From NCBI RefSeq assembly GCF_000281045.1, contig NW_008246094.1:273205-293204 (forward strand): 20,000 nucleotides of DNA, read 5' to 3'. The translations under genes and the position numbers were made by a program. Position 1 is the stretch's first letter. Each line of letters starts with the position of its first letter. This DNA is from Saprolegnia diclina VS20 (taxonomy: Eukaryota). Shown in pieces: positions 10,573-19,493 of this stretch. The notes beneath the pieces are model-generated. The model did not search any database, had not been told where the DNA came from, and saw only the letters and a program-made list of their open reading frames with translations.

Positions 10573-10953
10573 TTACTTTTCGTCGTGGTTGGTGTCGATG
10601 CCCGCAAAGAAGTTGTCCAGGCCTTCCTCAAAGTCGTCGTACACGACGTTCTTCTCGTTCTGGAGCTTGACGCCGCTGTCGAGGAGCGTAAGCAAGTGCG
10701 ACTTCTGTTTCCACTGCATCAAGGTCTCCTCGAGCTCCATGTTGGCCTTGCTAATGAGCATGTCGATCACGCGCGGGTCCTTGATCTCGGCGTGCTTGCG
10801 GAAGAAGGCTTGGACCGCGAGGCGGGCTTCCCGCGGCTCCATGTTGATGTCATAGAGCGTCAAAACGCGCGGGACCTGCTTGGTGATATGACGGTAGAGC
10901 GTCACGGCAGGGTTCGTGCCCACGAGCTTGCTCCCCGTCAACCGCAGAGCCAT
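10573..10953 (-). CDS. NDUFA6: NADH:ubiquinone oxidoreductase subunit NDUFA6 (B14, LYR family), 126 aa
   Basis: LYR motif (VTLYRHITKQVP) and the typical segment FRKHAEIKDPRVIDMLISKANMELEETLMQWKQKSHLL. Single exon. Confidence 0.9.
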   Translation of the reverse strand: MALRLTGSKLVGTNPAVTLYRHITKQVPRVLTLYDINMEPREARLAVQAFFRKHAEIKDPRVIDMLISKANMELEETLMQWKQKSHLLTLLDSGVKLQNEKNVVYDDFEEGLDNFFAGIDTNHDEK

Positions 10954-10963
10954 GGCCAGCCAG

Positions 10964-10979
10964 ACAAAATAAGTACTGA
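10964..10979 (-). promoter_or_regulatory. Inr/FPR-like core promoter of NDUFA6
   Basis: The minus strand reads TCAGTAC-TT-ATTTTGT about 10 nt before the ATG. The 2-nt spacing matches oomycete Inr (YCAYTYY) + FPR (MWTTTNC), but with mismatches. Confidence 0.35.
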
Positions 10980-11570
10980 GGGTGTGGTGACTGTATTGCC
11001 TCGACTATTTTAAATCCCATCGCGCCAACAAGAAATAATGCATACTTTATTCAAGTGATATGACGGCATTTGGATTATTAATATGTTTACAGTTTTATTA
11101 CGCTATTTGTGATTTTATAAATCGTGTGAGCAACGACGCCCACTCGGAAACATAGCTTTTAAAATACGTGCTTGTCACTATGTACAAATGGCAGAAAGCA
11201 AAAAAGGTTGCATTCACACACCATATGCGTGACAACAAATAGTATAAACGCCAAAGATCGGTGCTGATCATGTGCGGTTGCCTTCACAGGCTTCAGTTCT
11301 TTTATTCGTTCTTTTATTCAGTCGCGTCCATGGCATACCACAACCACGGAATCGGCGGCCTCCATGCAGCGTATCCCCGTTACACTGTACTTGAGTGACG
11401 TCTATCAATCTACTTTGCGATGTCTGGGCCGTGGTCAGCCCACGCTCTATCTTCCTCCACGCCCTTAAAAGACCGACTGTGGAATAAAAGAAACGTATTA
11501 AAAGAAAGTGCAACTCCAAACGGCAAGATCGTCACTGGCGTCGTCAGTCGTCAATTCGAGCAGTACTACG

Positions 11571-12935
11571 ATGAGCCTGCTCGAGCGCCTCTCGGAGGAG
11601 GTCCGCGCCATCAAAGCCGCGGGCACATACAAGACGGAGCGGGTCATTTCTTCTGCGCAAGGCGCCACCATCACGGTCAACGGACGCCACGTGCTCAACT
11701 TTTGCGCCAACAACTACCTCGGGCTCAGCAACGACCCCGAGGTCGTGGCCGCGGCGAAAGCGGCGCTTGACTCGCACGGCTTTGGCCTGAGCTCCGTGCG
11801 CTTCATCTGCGGCACGCAGGACATCCACAAACAGCTCGAGGCTGCGATCGCTGCCTTCCACGGCACGGACGACGCGATCCTCTTCCCATCGTGCTTTGAT
11901 GCGAACGCCGGCCTCTTCGAAGCCATTTTGGGCCCGGACGACGCCGTCATCTCGGACGAGCTCAACCACGCGAGCATCATCGATGGCATCCGCCTCTGCA
12001 AAGCGCAGCGCTTCCGTTTCAAGCATATGGACCTCGCCGACCTCGAGGCGCAGCTCGTAGCGACGCAGCACTGCCGCACGCGCCTCATTGCGACCGACGG
12101 CGCCTTCTCCATGGACGGTGACGTGGCGCCGCTCCAAGGCATCTGCGATCTCGCCGACAAGTGCGAGATTCTGTTTTCGAATCCAGCGTTTCGACTGTTG
12201 TTTGATATAGGTACAAGGCGCACGTGTTTATCGACGAGTGCCACGCGACGGGCTTCTTTGGTGCGACGGGCCGCGGCAGCGACGAGTACTGCGGCGTGCG
12301 CGGCCGCATCGACGTACGGCATCTTGGCTTTGTATCAACTTATCGAGTATAGATTATCAACTCGACGTTGGGCAAGGCGCTCGGTGGCGGCACAGGCGGC
12401 TACACGACGGGCCGCCAAGCCGTCATCGACCTCCTCCGGCAGCGCGCGCGGCCGTACCTCTTCTCCAACTCGGTCGCACCGGCCGTTGTCGGCGCCTCGC
12501 TCAAGGTCTTCGAGATCCTCACGCGGTCCAGCGCCTATGTGGAGAAGATCCGCGCCAACACACACCGCTTCCGCGACCGCATGACTGCCGCTGGATTTAC
12601 CCTCACGGGTGCTCGGTGCGACGCCAACTTTGAATCTTTCAACTTTAGCAACGAGTAGCGACCACCCGATCGTGGCTGTGATGCTCGGCGACGCCCGTGC
12701 CGCTACCGACTTGGCCGACCGCTTGCTGGACCAAGGCATCTACGTCATCGGCTTCAGCTTCCCGGTGCGTTCTTCGCGTCTCCACTGTGTCGTTTGCGAT
12801 AGTTTAACGTGGTACTAGGTCGTCCCGAAAGGCAAGGCCCGCATCCGCGTCCAGCTCTCGGCCGCCCACTCGCTCGACGACGTCGACAAGTGCGTTGACG
12901 CGTTCATCGCTGCTGCCCAGAACGCCAAGCTCTAA
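11571..12935 (+). CDS. GCAT: 2-amino-3-ketobutyrate CoA ligase (glycine C-acetyltransferase; PLP class II), ~392 aa, ending in AKL
   Basis: Exons 11571-12160, 12211-12313, 12353-12615, 12659-12764 and 12819-12935 (1179 nt); introns of 50, 39, 43 and 54 nt. Motifs [70 protein letters not shown] (PLP Lys), [13 protein letters not shown] and [19 protein letters not shown]-terminus ...AAAQNAKL*. Confidence 0.95.
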
Positions 12936-13218
12936 GACAGTCGCCTCCTGTCGATGCAGGTAATGAGAAAGTCAAAAGACCAAACTGTTGCAGTGTCCCA
13001 GCACCGACCCGCACGATGGACCTTTGGCACCTATGGCAGGGACACCGAAGGTCCTCTGCCGGCTCTACCTTCCTTGGGGCTCATGAGCATGCGTACCGGT
13101 GAGTGCTTGTGCATGACAACTCGCATCGAATGCAGGAGGCATGGTGTTGTATCCGTGACGTATATTGTCTTGGGCTATCAATGTACTATCGATTTCCCAC
13201 GGAACCCGTCGGAAAGAC

Positions 13219-16200
13219 CTAGAGCTTGGCTGTAAGGACCGAGCCCTTGGTGCGTGCAGGGTGCAAATGACGGTCGGCTTGGAACGCCTCGATCGAGGTG
13301 AGCGCCGAGGGCGCTGACGCGTCATGCGTCATGACAATTGGCCAGACCTGCGTCCAGAGCGCCTTGCGCGTCACCGTGTTGACAAGCCGGTCGTCCAACA
13401 TGTCTTGCACTTGAGCTTTCGAGAGGGCGTCGACAGCGGCTGCAACGTCCGCCCGGCGGTCAAACGCATACGACTGCGACGCGATCTCGTCCCAGACGCG
13501 CGCACTCGCTTCCTCGTACGTCTTGGGCTGCTCGAGGAGGTTGCCGATGAGCGCCGCCTTGTGCTTGGCCCACTCGTCGTCCGGCATGGCCGCCAACCGA
13601 TCGCGAAACCCCGACATGAAGGCGTCGATCCGCGCCGTCACCTCATCGGGCGTCTTGGCTTTCGACTGCACCGTCACGTAGATGTACGCGACTCCATGAC
13701 TGCAGCCCGCGCTGCTCGAAACGATGTAGCCGAGCTGCTCGGTCGTGCGCAGTGTCGTAAAGCACGGCACCTTGAGCACCTGCGCCAAAAGCGCCGAGGT
13801 CGCGCGCGCTTCGGTCGAGTCGAGGCCGCACTCGAACGCTACGTGTGTCGCGCCGTTCTCGTTGGCGGCGTTGAGACACGGTAGCTGCAGCACGTCGTCG
13901 CGTGTCAGTGCAAAGTTGCGTGTGTCGAGCACGTCTTGCACAAACGCACCACTCGCTGCGCTCGGTGTATGGACTGTCTCGACAAGGCGCTGGACGTCGT
14001 CCTGCACGCAACTTACTAAGTATATCTCTAATGCTGTCAAGAGGCAAGTACCTCGAGAAGGTTGCCGTACACGAGCGCTTCGACGCGCGGGTCAGTGAAG
14101 AGGTCGATAGCGTGGGCAGCGAGGAGACGCGGCAGGTCGTCGTCCGGGACGGCTTGCAGTGCGCGCAGCTTGGTCTCGACCGACCACTTTGTGCTCGTGA
14201 GCGCTAATTGCCGCTGGTACACGGCCCAGCGGTGCGGCTCTTCCATGAGTGTGTTGGCCAAGTCGCGCTCCAGGGCTTCGCGGAGCCGGCGAAGACTGTC
14301 GTGGTTCATGGGCGTGAACCGGTGGGCCCAGACCGCGTCGACGACACTTTGGAGGCTCTCGCTGTAGCCTGCGACGTGTAGCGTCACGCCCGCGATCGTG
14401 TTGGACACGTGGACTTTGGTGCCAGCGACGTGCGCGTCATAGAGGGACGTGGCCAGCACATCGTCGAGCCAGAGCGTGTAGAGCTCGGTGAGCACGGCCG
14501 CGAGCGGCGTTGCGTACGCTGTCGGCGTGTACCACTTGAAGCGGGCGCTGGCTTTGGGCTGCGCAAAGCCCGTGCCTTGCTTGTGCCACAGCCGGATCGT
14601 CGGGGCATCGAGCACGAGGTGCACCGCTGTCGTCTCGGGCACCAAGCCCAGCTGCGACGGCAAGAACGGGTTTGGCCGCGGCAGCTGCAGCGCGTCTGGC
14701 AAGCTGGACGAGGTCGCCGACTCCCACTGCGCAATCCAATCGGGGTCCAATGGCGCGTCGCTGTAGCGAGCGCCCAGCCACGGCTCGGTTGCTTCTGGCA
14801 CGCAGCTCTTGCTCACGAGCAGAAGGCGCAGTCGGTGCGGCGTGAGCAGGTGCAGAACGCGCCGGAATCCCGTCGCATCAAACCGATCAAGGACATATGG
14901 CCCCGAGACGGCCCGCTCGGTCGGAAACAGCGTGAGGTTGCGCGTGAGGTACGACACGTACGAGATCGGCGATTCTTGGTTGCGGTAGCGCAGCTGGAGC
15001 ATGCTGAGCGTCTGCGCTTCGTCAAAGATACGCTGCAATACGTCGTCACTGGCGGCGGCGATACGTGCCATGTATTGAAAACTGGTCTCGACCACCTCTG
15101 GGATCGCGTCCAGTCCCGTTGGCGTGAGCTGGATCTTGATACTAAACTGCGACCAGTCGGCATAGTCCCGCGTGAGACCGGTTGAGACGCCGTTCGCAAG
15201 CCCACGGGCCTTGAGGTCCGCGCAGAGTGACCCAACGCCTTCGTGCCCCAGCAGGTGCGAGAGCACACGATGCGGCTTGTCGAGAAAGTGCGCTTGCAGC
15301 GACGGCAGCGGAAATGTGAGCTCGAGCGTCCGCAGGTCGCGCACGGGGACGACCGAGACGAGCCGACCTTGCTGCGCTGCTTCGTACGGCTGCACGTTTG
15401 CTGCTAAAAGGCCGTGCTTGAATGAGACCTCTGCAGAGAGACATCAACGTACGCGGCGCATGCGGCCGAGCAACGTCGTTTCGAATCGGTGCGAAGAGCG
15501 AGGTGGCCCAGCGCTCGAGCGTGTCGAGGTCGTCTCGGCCATAGACGACGAGGTGCATGGCGTTCGCAGAGTAGTAGCGCGCATGGAACGCAAGCAGCTC
15601 TACGCCATGTTCGTTCATGGCGCTCTTGATGAATGCATATTCGCTTGGACGTACCGGCGCGGACGTCGATGCCGAGATCGGTCGGTCGCGTCGACAGCGT
15701 CTCGAGGTTGCCCGTGCCAAACTTGTGGAATGGATGGGCGGGGTTCGCGAGCTCTTTCGAGAGCTGGTAGAGCCGGCGGGCGTCGTCCTGGACGTTCTTG
15801 GCGTGCTCTGCGTCGACCGCGTGCATCTCGCGGCTCGTGGCGCTCGCTGAGAAGAGCGGCGCAATGAAGAATTGCGCAAACCGATCGAGCGCGCCGTGCA
15901 AGTGCGGCGGCGCCACGTCAAAGTAGAACGTGGTCGCGATCGCCGACGTCGACGCGTTCGAGCGGCCGCCATGCGCGCTCAGATACGTCTTGTAGCTTGT
16001 CTCGTCCGGGTACTTGGCCGTGCCGAGGAAGAGCATGTGCTCGAGAAAGTGCGCGAGGCCAGCGACGTGGGGCGGATCCGCCTGGTGGCCGACGCCCACG
16101 GCCAGCGCCGCCGCCGCCTTCTCGGTGGCCGCGTCCGAGACCAGCAGCACGCGCAGCTTGTTGGGCAGCTGGAACGACCGGTACAGGCGGCTGTCGTTGC

Positions 16201-16264
16201 GCGAGACCTCGAGCCCGCCGACCCACTTGCTGCCCTTGCCCCACACGTCGCTCATCCGGCCCAT
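13219..16264 (-). CDS. IDE: Insulin-degrading-enzyme-like zinc metallopeptidase (insulysin, M16A), ~963 aa, ending in AKL
   Basis: Exons 16264-15655, 15599-15453, 15403-14052 and 14001-13219 (2892 nt); introns of 55, 49 and 50 nt. Inverted zinc motif GLAHFLEHMLFLGTAKYP (HXXEH), plus HPFHKFGTGNLETL, SHLLGHEGVGSL and FTTLRTTEQLGYIV. C-terminus GSVLTAKL*. An alternative ATG lies at 16255. Confidence 0.93.
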
Positions 16265-17532
16265 GCGTCGTCGGCAGGATATTGATGTCGCAAATAGTGT
16301 ATGAAGCAAAATACTGTTTGGAAGTGAGACAGTATTACATACAGTGTTTGAACCGCTGTGTGAATCTGTGCCACGATGCAAACACCCCAGCGACGGGATA
16401 CTAGTACGGAGACACTCGAGCTGCATTCGTCGACGAATACAGTGTATGCCCTTGCGCGAGGCTCACTATACTAGTATGCTGGATGCGGAGCGGATGACGT
16501 CGTCGACGATAACGCCGTCGTCGACTTGGCCGCGACATGGGACCTGGCTTTTCACTTTGCACGTGGTGAATCTCGCTGCTGCAAAGCGAACTGCGCTGCG
16601 CATAAGAGCTCGAGCCACTTGTACCGCTAATACACCCAAGTCGTCACCGCAAATCGGATATTGCTCATCGCTAGCAGTGTCGGTAACCCGCAAAACACAC
16701 TAAATTTACGACCCTCTTGTGTATCTTCGTGCCAGGATTTAGTAGCCATCCTAGGCGGTCCTATCACAAGTACCGGTACAGCAAACACTTTGGCGCTGGA
16801 CGAGTCGATATCGCCTTGGTAGCGACGCATCGTCGTTGAGCTGGAGCAGCCGAATGAACGGCGATACCGCTCGCATAATACGAGCGTATCCGGATTCGCC
16901 GCCGGTGTGTCGATCGACGACGAGGTGCCAAAATGATCGGGTCGCGTTTGACACGCTATGTCGAAGCTTCTTGGATGCCGCTTGATTTCCTTGGCCCAGC
17001 CTGCACGTTCTGAAGCTGGCGATCGTCCTTGCCATTGCTGTCTGGGCGCTGGTCTTGGTCTGATACCATCTGGTGCTCCAACACAGCTGGTTTCACGGGT
17101 CGCGATCATCACATTGCACATGTGCTTGGTCGAGCGACGTGGTTGACTCGAACTCGCAGCTAGCACCTCGCTGCGTGCGATGCGAAGCCTAGGGTCCAGA
17201 TCGAGAGGCCTCCCTGTGCATGCGTCTTCCAGTGCAACTCGAATGGCAAAGCGGAATAATGCCCGAAACAAAAAAACGACGAGCGCTCAGCGGTTGCAGA
17301 TAAGCGAACGTGGTCGGCGGGTGCATGGCAACGTCGCAGCGCGTTCTGTACCTGTCCTGGGACCTGCCACATTACCCAGTATACAAAAAGACTATGCAAT
17401 TGAGAGCGGAATCAGTGCGGAACGTGTGAGTCACGCGACTTGGTGGCCAGCGTGTCACTGAAGCTACTTAATCGAACCTCAGAGACATTGGCAAACCGCG
17501 ATCACCCTCGATCAAACACATCTCGGACCGAA

Positions 17533-17550
17533 GCTCACTTTGCCTTTTGC
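17533..17550 (+). promoter_or_regulatory. Oomycete Inr + FPR core promoter of the LPMO gene
   Basis: GC-TCACTTT-GC-CTTTTGC is an exact match to Inr YCAYTYY and FPR MWTTTNC with 2-nt spacing, 33-48 nt upstream of ATG 17583. Confidence 0.7.
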
Positions 17551-17582
17551 TCTGAACGACCACCACGACCACAAACAGCATC

Positions 17583-18989
17583 ATGGTCATGAAGCTCGCC
17601 ACGACGCTCCTTGCGCTTGCCGCGCCGCTCATCTCGGGCCACGGTATCGTGTCCAACCCACCGGCCGAGTTCCGGTCCGACGTCATGCGCACCAAGTACG
17701 TTGCCACGATCCAGGCCAACTTCCCCGGCAAGTTTGACGACTCGCCGCAGACCAACGTCGCCAACTTCAACAAGGCGTTCAAGGCCCAGTCCCAGTTCAA
17801 GACGCTCCGTGACATGCTCGACCCGCACGGCCCCGACTGCGGCTACACGCTCACCAACGTCGACAAGAAGGCCATTCCGGGCAACGGCCAGATGACGTGG
17901 AAGAACCCCGACACGGGCGAAGGCTTCATCCCGAGCCACAAGGGGCCGTGCGAAGTCTGGATCGACAACGAGCGCGTGTTCCAGAACGACGACTGCGCGA
18001 CCAACTTTCCCCAGTCGCCCGAAGTCAACCTCCCGGTCGACTACTCGAGCTGCGGCGCCAACGGCTGCATGCTTCGCTTCTACTGGCTCGCGCTGCACGA
18101 GCCCATGTGGCAAGTCTACAGTACGTTCTCACTGCCCTTGGATCGGACTCGAAGCTAACTCTGCGTTTCTGTAGAAAACTGTGTGCCACTGAAGGGCAAC
18201 GGGCAAGGCCCCGCGCCGGGTCCCGCGCCGCTCCCGAACGGCGGTCAGTGCAGCAACGTCCAGGCCAACGTCGACTACTACGGCAACGACATCAAGAACC
18301 TTGGTGTGTGGGGCAGCAACCAGGACAAGGTCAGTGCGTGCTGCAAGGCATGCACGTCGACCGGTGGCTGCAAGGGCTTTACCGTCAACGGCGACACGTG
18401 CTGGCTCAAGAGCAAGCTCGAGAACCCGTCGCCGCGCGACAACTGCTTCTCCGCTGCCAACGCTGGCTCGGGCCCGGCGCCGCTCCCGAACGGCGGCCAG
18501 TGCAGCAATGTCCAGGCCAACGTCGACTACTACGGCAACGACATCAAGAACCTCTGGGTCTCGGGCAACGACCAGGACAAGGTCAGCGCTTGCTGCAACG
18601 CGTGCTCGTCGACCGGTGGCTGCAACGGCTTTACCGTCAACGGCAACACGTGCTGGCTCAAGAGCAAGCTCGAGAACCCGTCGCCGCGCGACAACTGCTT
18701 CTCGGCGACGGGCAACGGCGCGTCGAACGGCGGCGGCTCGTCGGCGCAGTGCGGCAGCGTCGCGTCCAACGTCGACTACTACGGCAACGACATTCGCAAC
18801 TTCCAGGTGAACGGGGACGCCAACTCGCAGCTGTCGCAGTGCTGCAACGGGTGCTCGTCGACCGGCGGCTGCGTCGGCTTTTCGATTAACGGCGGCACGT
18901 GCTGGCTCAAGAGCAAGCTCGAGAACTATCGCACCTCGAACGGCGTCGTCTCGGGCCGCATCCAAAAGAGCCGCTTGCGCCGCGTCTAA
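17583..18989 (+). CDS. Secreted AA17-type lytic polysaccharide monooxygenase fused to three PAN/Apple domains, ~450 aa
   Basis: Exons 17583-18120 and 18175-18989, with a 54-nt intron carrying a GCTAAC branch point. Signal peptide MVMKLATTLLALAAPLISG leaves His as mature residue 1 (HGIVSNPPA, codon 17640). Second His in GFIPSHKGPCEVWID (17937); FYWLALHEPMWQVYKNC supplies the Gln/Tyr of the copper site. Then three C-x5-VDYYGNDI..CC-x2-C-x5-C-GF..TCWLKS modules. Confidence 0.85.
18221..18960 (+). repeat. Intragenic triplication of the PAN/Apple module; copies 1 and 2 near-identical with a 252-nt period
   Basis: ccgctcccgaacggcgg begins at 18228 and 18480. tgctggctcaagagcaagctcgagaac occurs three times. 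Copy 3 is more diverged. Confidence 0.9.
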
Positions 18990-19493
18990 ACATGTAGATA
19001 GTCGATTTACCTATATGTCTTATCCAATTTTTTACACTGTTCTTTCTTCTTCCAACTTGTCGTTATCGTCACGCGCTATCGATGTCAACCAAACGACTGA
19101 CATTTGAATAGTGAGTGATTTGGTGGTCTCGAGCGTCGGCAACGGTGCCCGTTGACGCGCGTGTCATCCGGAGGACACGGATTGCTAGTGCAAATGTGAC
19201 GAGTGCCATGCTGCATGCTGTGATGGGTCTCAAAGCGTACGGACCGTTCGTTTTTGAATGACGGTTTCAACTCAGATGGCTCTGTAGACCAGACATCTAC
19301 AGGCGGCTCAACAGTCGGCCAGACATCAATGCCAGTTTGACGTAAATGATTCTCTGCTAGCATGACCCCAGTGTTTCAGCACGCGTGGCCCCCCTAATGT
19401 CCACGAGGTCAACTAGGAACCCTGGTACTTGGATAGACAAAGATACGCCAACAGATATCATATTGGTTTACGTGGGTTACGAGATCGGTACAG

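Noticed and set aside
11571..12935. Recent bacterial HGT of kbl as the reason for the missing presequence
   Set aside because: Four spliceosomal introns, host-like codon usage and residues closer to eukaryotic GCAT ([16 protein letters not shown]); a phylogeny would be needed to exclude ancient transfer.
16627..17271. 214-aa minus-strand ORF
   Set aside because: Non-ATG start, atypical codon usage and no coherent domain; at most it overlaps the speculative relic listed under findings.
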